Origin: Meyerozyma guilliermondii
Taxonomy: Eukaryota
NCBI GenBank assembly: GCA_051546255.1
Contig: CP128822.1
Coordinates: 186,001 to 250,000 of the forward strand
Direction: 5' to 3'
DNA length: 64,000 nt
Part shown: piece after piece, positions 42,687-53,370 of the stretch
Layout of the letters: each line of letters begins with the position of its first letter
Numbering within the stretch: position 1 is the first letter of the stretch
Translations under genes and position numbers: made by a program
Notes under the pieces: generated by a model
What the model saw: the letters and a program-made list of their open reading frames with translations, nothing else
What the model was told of the DNA's origin: nothing
Databases searched by the model: none

Positions 42687-43322
42687 TCACATCATTTTGA
42701 GGATATATTCGTGCAAATCCTCCCCCATCCCGTCCACGTCGCCTATGGAGTATCCCTGTTGATTGTGGGTTCTTTGTTCCAAATTTCCATCATTATTTTG
42801 CAGAACCCCACCTGTCACGCTTTGTGGCGTTCGTAATTCCGCCGGTAAAAGCGGAAACCACCCCAGAAACTCCTGCAGTGGCCATCCGATTGGCTTACAT
42901 CCATCCACCGGCTGTCTGTCCCCCACCACAAAAGTACGCATTTGTGGGGGAATAGGAATATATGGTCGAGGAGGACAGTGGTTTACTTGAGCTTCTGGCT
43001 GGTATAGGTTGCTTGAACTGGAAGCCTGTGACGAGGAAGCCAGTGGCGAAAACTCGTAGTCGTGTTGTTTGATGTAGGGAGCAGTTAGCGCAGCGGGATA
43101 CTCTTTTGGTGGTGCATTTCGTCTCTGTTTCTTGATGGGTCCATCGTTAAATGTGCAATTTCCGCCGTTTAATTTCTCACACCGAACACAAGGAAGTGAT
43201 CCGTTGATAATACAACAAACCTTCCGCTTGCGGCAGAAATCACATGGCCGTTGTTTTCGGGATTTGTACTGTCTATTGAGTTTGGCCGCCTGCTGGGTTG
43301 AACCCCGTTTCTGTGCCGTCAT
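42687..43322 (-). CDS. Small Zn(II)2Cys6 transcription factor (211 aa)
   Basis: RPCDFCRKRKVCCIINGSLPCVRCEKLNGGNCTF cluster preceded by YKSRKQ; no middle homology region. Confidence 0.85.
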   Translation of the reverse strand: MTAQKRGSTQQAAKLNRQYKSRKQRPCDFCRKRKVCCIINGSLPCVRCEKLNGGNCTFNDGPIKKQRRNAPPKEYPAALTAPYIKQHDYEFSPLASSSQASSSSNLYQPEAQVNHCPPRPYIPIPPQMRTFVVGDRQPVDGCKPIGWPLQEFLGWFPLLPAELRTPQSVTGGVLQNNDGNLEQRTHNQQGYSIGDVDGMGEDLHEYILKMM

Positions 43323-46297
43323 TGTCACCAATTGCTTGTGTTTTGCAAGTTTTATGTTGTGGGAAATATACCTGTGTGTGGAAGCCGATGGTATTTATTT
43401 TACACCGGTCCATACTTTCATGTGGAATAGTGGCTGCATGGAAGGCACATAAGAATAAGGTTTGACCAGAACATCGCATCAGGCGGGAACAATGGCCAGA
43501 TTTGCACCCAGGTACTTTTTACGACTGCTCTGCCAAAGCACCAATCCTCGTCTGTCGTGGTTCTATGGAGTACGACAGTATTTTTTTTCCACCTCGTGTA
43601 CGTCCACTATGAGCTGTGGACCCTGAAAATGGTCCGATGGGTTGTTCGGCACATTATCGGCACCTGCCATGTTGGGCCGGTAAGCCCGGGTTATGCAGGG
43701 TTTCGGATCAAGTCCTATTCGGGAAATAGGGACCTATCAACGACATCGACGCGAAAACCGGGCAACAAGCCTGCAGTGGGAAGCAAGTGGAGATCACACT
43801 TGATCTCATTCTTATTGAAGTAATGACCACCAAAAAAATTTGGAAACGGTTCGTTTTCTTTTCTCGCATTTCATGCGCGATAATGCAGGTGATTTCATTG
43901 TTGCTCAATGTGCATAAATTGGCGTGGTCGCTAAACTGCTCCCAGCAACCTAAAGAGAACAGCCGTGCATACATGCTGCATCCATTTTAGCGTTGACCAT
44001 GCACTTGTATGCATCATCGCGCCAGATATCATACGGCTTCCCGAAACTTATCGGGTACTCGCGGTTAACTAGTCGATGCACGCGACGACCGCGGCGCATA
44101 CTTCTATTTTTGGACCCCGCTTGCAAATACCTGTTTCACTTGCTTGAAAGCCGCATTCCTTTTCCCGTAAACGGAATGTGGGACGCAATGCCGCCGACCA
44201 ACTCGGCAACATGCACCAAACAAGGTGGTACAATATTTCTCGTATCGAAGAATCCAGCCATGCCAAAAGCAATTTTCAACATCGAAGCGAGTTTGCCGAG
44301 GTTGATTGGCTAACAATTTCAACAGGCATGTGGGTTGAACACCGGATAAGAAATGGCTCAATTCGCTACAAGGTCCAGATGTTATAATGGAGACTTCCAA
44401 AGTTTCATTCAAGTTGAAATTAAAATGATCACCGAAAGTAAAATGTGAAAGCTCTAACAGGAAATGGAATGCAGTCGAGGTTTAAAAGTGGCTCTTTGGT
44501 TGCTGGTGAGACTGGAATCTCGTTGAATTTGGCCAGGAGCTTAAAATTGCCTCACTTCTTATTTTGAGTGTCATTGGTTAATTGTTGATGAAAATCAAGA
44601 ACGGAAGTTCATTGGTTACGATTCGTGAGTGAAATTGTTAGATCAGTGCATTGCCAGACATTCATATTGGTAGGCCATGGCACTACCGTTACTGCATAAG
44701 AAGGTTCGTTGCTAAGAACAGTCGTCAGTTATCTTTGAACAAGGTTTGTGGAAACTTCAAAAATCGGAAATTATGGATTTTTGTTCTATTCCGGGCTATT
44801 TAAATGTTATTCCTTCGATAGCATTTAAGTGGGGATTCATGAAGGGTTTGTTGTTTGAGTGATTAGTCTTCGGCAATGCTTAAATCAAGGTTTATGCACA
44901 ATTGTTTCAATGTCAGGTCTTGAACATCTAAAAATTGCTCAATGAAGAAGGAATATGTTAGCATGATAGTGTTCCTATCTTTAAAGATTTGCAGTGAGTC
45001 TTATCTCCAGAAGATAATAAACCTTGCGTTTGACCGGAGTTTAGACTGCTTGGACCCTTGAACTTGATTGTGCTTCGAGACAACTCAAGAACAATATACT
45101 TTTGTGGTCATCATCTACAGGTTCTGACAGAAATTTAAGTCAATACGCCTTGGACTACAGCCACCACCCTACAATTGTTAGCAATCGGCGCAAATGCAAC
45201 GTTACTACTTGGGCGAGAAAGCAAAACACAGCCGTGAACCTTATTTTTCAATCGGCCCACTTACCGAGAAGGCTCATCGTTGCTGCGAAGAGCCGCCCTA
45301 TACATCATACATCTAGAACTTTACTCCATTCGGCACTATCGCCGAGCTTCAAGCGATCTACCCGTTTGGTTAATGCCCCTATTTTTGCAAGGATCTTTGC
45401 ATCGGCGTCCTATTGCAGTGTTACATGTTGGTGGGGGAGCAATTTGCTGCATCGTGTTACTGCGCAGTTACTCCCATCCAGTTATTGCGTCCAGTTATTG
45501 CGTCCAGTTATTGCGAGTCGGTAACTATGTGACTCGAAAAGTGCTATATGGTGAATGCTGGTGACTGCTCTGCATCTGGTAGCAATGAATTCCTGATGTT
45601 AGTTCAGAATCTTTGTGTCTTCCTTGTATCAGATAATGTAGATAAGGTTGATAATTGATCTCATCAGGACATACCTATGGCTGAAGTTTCGGCAGAATGT
45701 TGCGCAATAATTATATCATTTGTGGCAAGTGGGTATGGAGCTCAGGAAGAAGGTTTGAAAAGAATAGAATAAACTTTTTTCATTAGGACCCCTGCGGTGG
45801 TGCGCGCACGACGCGGGCGATGTGATGCTGCGAAGCAATCTGGGCTGATGAAGTGAGAGATGAGTGGACTACAATTGAGACATCTCCTGCAAAAGTCAAA
45901 GTGGTCAGATGGTATCGATTGATTCCACTTATCCTAATTGGACAATTCAAAACTCTCCGACTTGCTCCGACGATCCTCGGGCGATACTGAGGTTCCGATG
46001 GCCCATTGCAGATCGTGGGCCGCACACGCCTGGCGGTGTTTTTCTTATCTGCAGCAAGGACTAATCGAGATGAGATAAAAGGTTTGCTGCAAGATATAAA
46101 AGAGGTGGAAATGCACAATTGCATTTAAGGGTCAAGAACAATAGCCAGTACTTGAAAACAAAGTTTTGTGGAACGAATTACCACTCTCCAGCCGCATAGT
46201 TACATCGTGCATTCCGATCACACCCGTGCACCCATCCACATAAATTGGTTATATTAAGCTGCACCCCTGGTGAATAATTATTTGCTTTGTTTTGACA

Positions 46298-46618
46298 ATG
46301 GTTTTACAAGAAATCACAATTATCGTGGGCCAGAAATTGGCACTTCTCACACACGCCATCAGGGCTGCCAGCTTGGGAGTGGTACTACTGATAGTAGTGG
46401 GACTCATGACACTTTTTTGGATCGATGTGATAACCTACATGTACATTTTATGCAGGAAGAACGCCGAAGAATCGTCATTTACGTTTGTGGCCACGTCACG
46501 AGAACAGGTGACAGTGATGGTACTGCTCAAACAATACGTGACGGCATTTTATTGGAAATCTGTTTCCGGAGCCAAACCAGGTGTGGTGCGGTTATTGAAG
46601 CGCAAGGACGACAAGTAG
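46298..46618 (+). CDS. Hypothetical small membrane protein (106 aa)
   Basis: ATG in a good context (ACAATGG), one strong TM (LGVVLLIVVGLMTLFW), basic C-terminus; no recognised family. Confidence 0.35.
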   Translation: MVLQEITIIVGQKLALLTHAIRAASLGVVLLIVVGLMTLFWIDVITYMYILCRKNAEESSFTFVATSREQVTVMVLLKQYVTAFYWKSVSGAKPGVVRLLKRKDDK

Positions 46619-47503
46619 GTGTATGGATGTCTCGCGTGCTGCCGGCGGCACGTGGAAATGCCTTCTTGTGCTATATTTATTGGTTTAACGTATGTACCGC
46701 AATACACCAGCTCAGCCCGCGACTCGAGGCGAGGCTGCGAATGCATTTGACCACCACACGTAATGGATTGATTGCGCTTGATTGTCTATTCTGATTTCAT
46801 ACCCTAGCTCCTGACTCTTTCTCTTTCTTCTTGATCGTCTATCTCTTGCGGTTAGTCGGTTTGCAGCCCATTGACCGGAGTGGCTGAGAACCCTTTTCGG
46901 AAACTGCTGCACAGCATATGCACACTGGGCTACACTAAATAATAAAATTGCCCACGTTTCGTAATTGCCCATTTTTAGTGGCTTCCACTTTTCCTTAACT
47001 CGTGTTTTCTTTTCACTTTAGTAGCTGTGAATAAAAAGCTTGGCACAAATCGTTTGAGTTCTTGATCCATCTGAGACCATCTTAGATACTTGGTTTCGCA
47101 GTCGTTTATACTTGCAACTTCTTCTTTTGCATCTACAACCAAAAAGCACCTCGCTGCCAACAAACCTTATACAAGGTTGCTTATCCACGTTGCAATTCCT
47201 AAATTCACTAAAGTTCCTTAAATTCACTGAAATTCACTGAAATTCATTTGCAATCATCTCCAATATATTTTGCTCAAGTCATTACCAATTACTGAATTTC
47301 TATAATTGGCTGGTCTGTCTTTTCCAGTTTGCCCCTAACTCCCGTTTTCAATCTAAATCGTGTCACACGACTTGCGAAATAGCCAGTGTCCCGTCCGATA
47401 CGTTCCTTTGCTAAGCCACTGGCAAAGAAATTTCGTACCATAAAAACTCAGATAGTCTGTTGCTACAACTCACCATTCCATCTTTTTTCTTTTCCAAACC
47501 ACC

Positions 47504-49897
47504 ATGGACTCCATAATGTCACAGGTGGCCCACCCGCTCAACCTGGCCAAGCGCTCGAAGCGCAAAACCTTCATTTTGTTGGCGGTGGTGGCTTGGCTTG
47601 CATTCGTCAACTACTGGCTCTATTTTTACCGCAACAGCGACACTTACCGTGAAACCTCCATTTCGTCTATCTACTTTGACGAACTGAAAACAGAACCAGC
47701 GACCAACAACGATGAGTCCAAGGAAGATACCAATGCCATTGGGAACGATTTAGTGAACCACGTGCTGTTCAAACTCTTACAGGAGAAATCAGGCATCCAA
47801 GATATTCGTGGCGTGGACAGCCACTCTACCAACTATAACAAAATCTTCAAGGACCACGATGTCAATTCAATTCTATCCAGCTTGGACTTCCGTGAACGAT
47901 GTGACTTGTATTTCTTGAACCTTTACGCATCAGACCCAAACTGGTACATCAACCCCAACGAAGATCTTCCGGTACCCATGAAGGACCAATACGACTTTGA
48001 CAGGTTCAGACACGATAAGATGAACGAGGTCAAGGAAGAAATAGCCAAAGAAAAGAATATCGAGAAAGATGATGTTCCTGAAGATAATGTGGTGGAAGAA
48101 AGAATCAAGAAAAAGTACCAAGAAATGTGGGAAGTCACTAAGCGGACCGAACAAAAGTCCACCGATTATGTGTCCCACTTCAGAATCTTCAACAAATGTT
48201 TCATCACTGCCGATGATCACGACCAGCAGGTGAAGACAAGTCGGTATGTCAACCAGCAAAAGAAACTCTTGAAATCCATTGAAAAGAGTGTGGGAGCTGA
48301 TGGGTTCAAAACATTCGCTCTCTCGCCCGACGAGGAAAGAGTTGATAGCAAGAGTTTTGACTCGTGTGCACAATTGGAATCGAGAATATACCCATGGCTC
48401 TCACCTTCATTCCCTGTATATGAGAGATGGAACGGTAAGATACTGATGACTCCTCCAGTCATGAGCAAGTATGTGAAGGACAAGAGAGTGTTCAAGCATA
48501 CCAACGAAAAGGCAAGAAATAGTCGTAATGCTGGGACCAAGTACCATTCCAAACTCACCGGTGGTAAAAATTGTTTTTTGAACAACTTGAAAAATTCCAT
48601 GAATGGAAGAGGTATCGTATTGTCTATCGGCGATAAACATGTCGATGACACCGTCAGACTTATCCACCTTTTACGAGCATTGGGCAACACATACCCCATT
48701 GAAATTGTGTACAATGACGACATTTCCAAGGAAACTAAAACCAAGATTGTCAATGCTGCCAGAAGTGGTGACGTTGCTCTTCCATCATCGTACCACAAGG
48801 TAGCAGACTATTTCACTGATGACTTTCTCGCAAAGGGAAAACTTCCACCTCAGGAAGTGTGGTTTGTCAATGCCCACAATGTCATTCAGGACAATTATAA
48901 GGGTAAGTTCCACGGATTTGCCAACAAATTCTTGGCTGCTTTATTCAACTCGTTTGAAGAGTATATCTTGATTGACGCTGACACCATCATGGTGCAAAAC
49001 CCTGATTTTTACTTTAATTTGAAGGGGTATGTTGCCAAGGGAGCTTATTTCTTCAAAGACCGCACGGCACCTCAATTCCGTCAAGTTAGTGATGGAGTTT
49101 TTTTCAAAAAGATTTCGCCCTCGATAATCGACTCGGCGATGTTCGACATCCCCATCATAACAGAACACACATTGCAGTCGTCGTACTTTGATGGTATGAC
49201 CCATTATATGGAAAGTGGGTTATTGTTAATCGATAGAAACAGACATTTCAATTCTGTGCTTATGATGATGCAAATGAACTTTATGAAGCCAGTGACATCG
49301 CGGTCGTATGGTGACAAGGAGATCATCTGGCTTGCATTTGCTACTAATGGAGATGAAAGCTACCATTTCAACAAGTATTATGCTGCCGCAATTGGAACTT
49401 TAACGCCTGATGTGCAACGGTTGACCAAGGATGGTAAACCCAAGCTAGCGAAGGAAATATGTAGTGCCCATCCTGGTCATATCAGCGAGGACGATGGCTC
49501 TTTGGTATGGTTCAATTCTGGGTATCATACGTGTGGACAATTACACAAGGTCAACTATGAGAAGGAAGCTGAAAAACAATCGAGATTTACCCAGTTCAAA
49601 ACGGCGGAGCAATTCCGCACCTTTTATGAAGAGCCATTGACGATCACGCATGCCATTATACCTCCATTCAAGGACAAACTCGAGACGTTATGTGAGAACA
49701 CCATAGAAGAGCCCAAAGAGGGATGGACTATGGATCGAGATTATTGCAACTCGTACATGTGGTGTGCATATTCACGCATTGGTGGACCAACCAAAGATGA
49801 CACCGATAATACTCAAGAAGGACAAGTGTTCAAGTTTGAGAAAAAAGACACGGAATTGTTCAAGTTTTATGGAGATGTATGGGTTGGCATGGAATAA
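47504..49897 (+). CDS. Golgi alpha-1,3-mannosyltransferase, Mnn1/Mnt family (GT71)
   Basis: Type II TM anchor; GRGIVLS, LRALGNTYPIEIV, NKFLAALFNSFEE..LIDAD, FFKDR, MESG, GDKE..W, CSAHPGH and WCAY. Confidence 0.92.
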   Translation: MDSIMSQVAHPLNLAKRSKRKTFILLAVVAWLAFVNYWLYFYRNSDTYRETSISSIYFDELKTEPATNNDESKEDTNAIGNDLVNHVLFKLLQEKSGIQDIRGVDSHSTNYNKIFKDHDVNSILSSLDFRERCDLYFLNLYASDPNWYINPNEDLPVPMKDQYDFDRFRHDKMNEVKEEIAKEKNIEKDDVPEDNVVEERIKKKYQEMWEVTKRTEQKSTDYVSHFRIFNKCFITADDHDQQVKTSRYVNQQKKLLKSIEKSVGADGFKTFALSPDEERVDSKSFDSCAQLESRIYPWLSPSFPVYERWNGKILMTPPVMSKYVKDKRVFKHTNEKARNSRNAGTKYHSKLTGGKNCFLNNLKNSMNGRGIVLSIGDKHVDDTVRLIHLLRALGNTYPIEIVYNDDISKETKTKIVNAARSGDVALPSSYHKVADYFTDDFLAKGKLPPQEVWFVNAHNVIQDNYKGKFHGFANKFLAALFNSFEEYILIDADTIMVQNPDFYFNLKGYVAKGAYFFKDRTAPQFRQVSDGVFFKKISPSIIDSAMFDIPIITEHTLQSSYFDGMTHYMESGLLLIDRNRHFNSVLMMMQMNFMKPVTSRSYGDKEIIWLAFATNGDESYHFNKYYAAAIGTLTPDVQRLTKDGKPKLAKEICSAHPGHISEDDGSLVWFNSGYHTCGQLHKVNYEKEAEKQSRFTQFKTAEQFRTFYEEPLTITHAIIPPFKDKLETLCENTIEEPKEGWTMDRDYCNSYMWCAYSRIGGPTKDDTDNTQEGQVFKFEKKDTELFKFYGDVWVGME

Positions 49898-50092
49898 TAA
49901 TAGAGATAATAGACACCTTACGACTAGTGCGACTGTATGTAGATATGTCAAGTGCGGCTCGATAGTCGGCTCGATAGCATATATGCGACGCGAACTACCC
50001 GATTTGGAAAGTCATTCCGGGTGATAACGCACAACCATGTACCATTTAAGCCGACCGTCGCCCCGCTCTTTTCAGTTTATTCTAATTCAATA

Positions 50093-51808
50093 ATGAGTTT
50101 TGAAAGCTTTCTTACAAAGGAGAATTTCGAGGGTTATGAGGATCCAGAGAGATACAAGAAGGACTGGGTGCCTCGGTTGGACAAATACAGGGCTGATTTG
50201 GAAAGTGCCATTTTGCCAGAGTACAAGATCACACTTCCAGAGCCCATTGAAAAGTTGCAAAAAGACCAATTCAATCCATTGGAGTATTTGTATGAGAAGA
50301 AATTGCTCTCTGACGAAGAGAAGCGGATTACTGAGCTCTCAGCCACGGAATTGGCCAAGGAGATTGCTAGCGGTAAATTGAAGTCAGTTACAGCTTTCAA
50401 GGCATATGCTAGAAGAGCGACAATTTGTCACCAGTTTACCAATTGTGCTCTTGAGCTTTTTGTTGACGAGGGCTTGGAGCGTGCTCAAATGTTAGATGAA
50501 TACTTTGAGAAGAACGGGAAGGTTATTGGACCACTTCATGGAGTTCCAATCTCGTTGAAGGAACAAATGGACTACAAAGACAAAATCACCCATGGAGGCT
50601 GGGTTGGGTTGCTCGATAGAATCCCTAAGAAACACGGAGCCACCATCCAAATCTTGGAGAATTTGGGTGCAGTTTTCTACGTCAGAACCAACCAGCCTCA
50701 AACGTTGATGCATTTGGATTCGAATAACAATTTTGTTGGTACTTCGAGAAACCCCTTCAACTTGGGTTTATCTTCTGGTGGCTCTTCTTCTGGTGAAGGG
50801 TCGATTGTAGCATTTGGAGGAAGTTCGCTTGGAGTGGGAAGTGATATTGGAGGCTCCATTCGTGCTCCAGCTGCCTATTCTGGGTGCCATGGTCTTAGAC
50901 CCACCACTCGCCGAGTGGCTCTTTTGGGAGGTATTTCTTCCGGAGCAGGTCAAGAGAGTGTAGTTCCTGTGGCAGGTCCAATGGCTAGATCTCTTGATGA
51001 CATTGACTTGTTCATGAAGCATTATGTCAACGACGGGAACCCATGGCAATTGGACCAATGGGCTCTTCCTTTACCTTGGAGAACAGTGGAGCCTCCAAAG
51101 CCAGAATCGCTTACCATTGCGGTGATGTATGACGATGGTGTGGTCAAACCTACACCTCCTATTGCACGAGGACTCAAGGAAGTTGTTGCCAAGTTGAAAA
51201 ATGCTGGTGCCAAGGTGATTGAATTCAAGCCTATCAGAGTGCAAGAAGCAATTGATACTGTCAACAAAATGTACAATTGTGATGGTAATTACATGCAAAA
51301 GAAGCTTTTGTCTGCTTCTGGTGAACCATTGACCAAATTGACTAAATGGGCTCTCAATTATGGTAATGGATCCAAAGATATTGGGGTAGCTGAAAACAGA
51401 AAGTTGAATGTTATCAGAGACCTGTTAAGACAAGAATACACCGATTACTTGAATGCCAACAAAGTGGACTTCATTCTTGGGCCTGCTTACAACAATGTGG
51501 CTCCTCTTCCCGAAGCAGTATATAACTGGTCCTACACTGCCTTGTACAACATTTTGGATTTCCCGTCATTGCTGTTCCAAACTGGCATGTTCCAAGACCC
51601 AACCGTTGACAAATGGGGTTCGGAACATAGTTCCTACACCTATAGAAGTGAGTTGGAAAAGTTGGAATTGAGTGGATACGACCCTGAGCTTTTCAAGGGT
51701 GCACCAATAGCTCTTCAATTAGCTGGAAGACGTTACTTTGATGAAGAATTGGTGGCTGCGGGTAAGACCATATTGAAGGTGTTGGACGTTGACTTGCTCC
51801 ACAAATAG
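50093..51808 (+). CDS. Amidase signature family enzyme (Amd2/acetamidase-like)
   Basis: GPLHGVPISLKE, GGSSSGEG and GSDIGGSIRAP (Ser-cisSer-Lys triad); ATG at 50093. Confidence 0.93.
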   Translation: MSFESFLTKENFEGYEDPERYKKDWVPRLDKYRADLESAILPEYKITLPEPIEKLQKDQFNPLEYLYEKKLLSDEEKRITELSATELAKEIASGKLKSVTAFKAYARRATICHQFTNCALELFVDEGLERAQMLDEYFEKNGKVIGPLHGVPISLKEQMDYKDKITHGGWVGLLDRIPKKHGATIQILENLGAVFYVRTNQPQTLMHLDSNNNFVGTSRNPFNLGLSSGGSSSGEGSIVAFGGSSLGVGSDIGGSIRAPAAYSGCHGLRPTTRRVALLGGISSGAGQESVVPVAGPMARSLDDIDLFMKHYVNDGNPWQLDQWALPLPWRTVEPPKPESLTIAVMYDDGVVKPTPPIARGLKEVVAKLKNAGAKVIEFKPIRVQEAIDTVNKMYNCDGNYMQKKLLSASGEPLTKLTKWALNYGNGSKDIGVAENRKLNVIRDLLRQEYTDYLNANKVDFILGPAYNNVAPLPEAVYNWSYTALYNILDFPSLLFQTGMFQDPTVDKWGSEHSSYTYRSELEKLELSGYDPELFKGAPIALQLAGRRYFDEELVAAGKTILKVLDVDLLHK

Positions 51809-52289
51809 ATAGAACATAATTAGAATATACTGTCAGCGCGTCACTATCTGGTTTTTTTTGGTTTTCTGAACAGTTTTGCTGCTTCTCCTAGAGTTTTCAC
51901 TTCTTAGTCTTTCAATTGCGTAGAAACAAGTGTACTGGTGTAAAGTAACCAGTGTACGTATATATAAATTTTACATGTTATGATGTTATAATTTGCAGCC
52001 AATCTATAAACGTCGTCCCATCCTCAATATTTATATGTTCATGAATAAGTCACCGGAGAGTCAAAGTATGAAGAATTGGAGAAGGCCATTTGAGTTAAAA
52101 TATTTGTCTTTACAGTTCAGTGACTCGTTCCAGCTCATAGGAGTTATAGTTGGCTGGCAATCGAAAATGGTCGACCCATCCTCAATTTCAAAAGTCGAAT
52201 TAGCACTTTTGAGACATACCAAACCCCTGGCGCGTGGGACAGTTCCAGTCTCGGGTGACGAAGCTCGGTTTTTCTCACCAAAAATTCGC

Positions 52290-52330
52290 GAAAAGTGGGA
52301 CAGATTTGCTGTTTATCTGTCCCACTTTTC
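52290..52330. repeat. Perfect 16-bp inverted repeat with a 9-nt spacer
   Basis: GAAAAGTGGGACAGAT-ttgctgttt-ATCTGTCCCACTTTTC. Confidence 0.9.
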
Positions 52331-53370
52331 TAGATGCAAGCGCGCAAAAGTTTGCAGCCGCGCGCTATAATTAAATTTTCCTCCCACTTTTCTCATAGTC
52401 ATGCTAACAGCTATTTACACTACAATTACCATTGATTGGATGAGTATTCTTACTAAAGACTAAACTATGGTTCATTTCTTTCGCAATATTTCAGAAAGTT
52501 GCAAAATTTCCGAATAATACGAAACATGGCTCTCACCTCTCACTGAATTGAATGTTAAAAGCAAGTTTACCAAACCTTAGGCTAAGTAAAGACTACTTAC
52601 AAATAAAAGATCGTAGAAGAAGGGAAGTGCAATGGGATTAGGAAAGGAAAAGGTCAAATGGACCTGACCGTGAATTAACCTTTGTAGCCTAAAAGTAAAG
52701 ATACTGCACATATTCATCTATCTCATTCGAGATCCCTAACAACTAACTTCTATAATTAGCGTACCAATTACGTTGGTCCCAGTATTTCAACAGACCGTAG
52801 TTGAGAGAGTTATATATTGCCTCGCAATATAGTACGAATTTACCAGACTAAATAAAGTTTCGGACCTTGATCTCTGACTAAGACGAGGGCCAAACTTACA
52901 TAATCGACCCCAGTTTCGACTGAATGTCAACTTTCCAGAGCCGCAAATTGAGGACTTAGCTTTATTGAAATTTGGTTGCAATGGGTGTTAGGATGTGCGA
53001 CGGATTTTCTCAGCCATTTTCGTTCTAGGTTTTATGATGTAACAACTTGTGTGTTATATTATGTTAAAAAAGTGTGTGTGTGCATCGAAAAGTTGTGATG
53101 AATTTTGATCAAGTTGTGATGAATTTTGGCCATGCCGGCATATAGGCGGATAGAATCGAGCTCAGTTGCAGCAATTACCCCGTTTTTTCTAATCAAGTCG
53201 TGGCTACTGCAATTCATCGTATAACGAATTGGCATACCGTCCCAGAACTATTCGCTGTCGTAGTTTGAGGATTTAGACTTTTTGCTATGTCTTCTTCTAA
53301 TCTGTTACATCGTTCTTATCTGCAGTCTTTCTCATAAAATGAATTCTCAGCGTTTGCGATCAAAGGCAAA

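Noticed and set aside
52401..52463. TGCTAACAG branch/acceptor-like signal and a 20-codon ORF
   Set aside because: No matching upstream donor or coding exon identified; too weak to call.
53090..53170. Box C/D snoRNA suggested by two GTGATGA motifs
   Set aside because: No suitably placed box D (CTGA) or terminal stem was found; the motifs belong to a simple 18-bp direct repeat.
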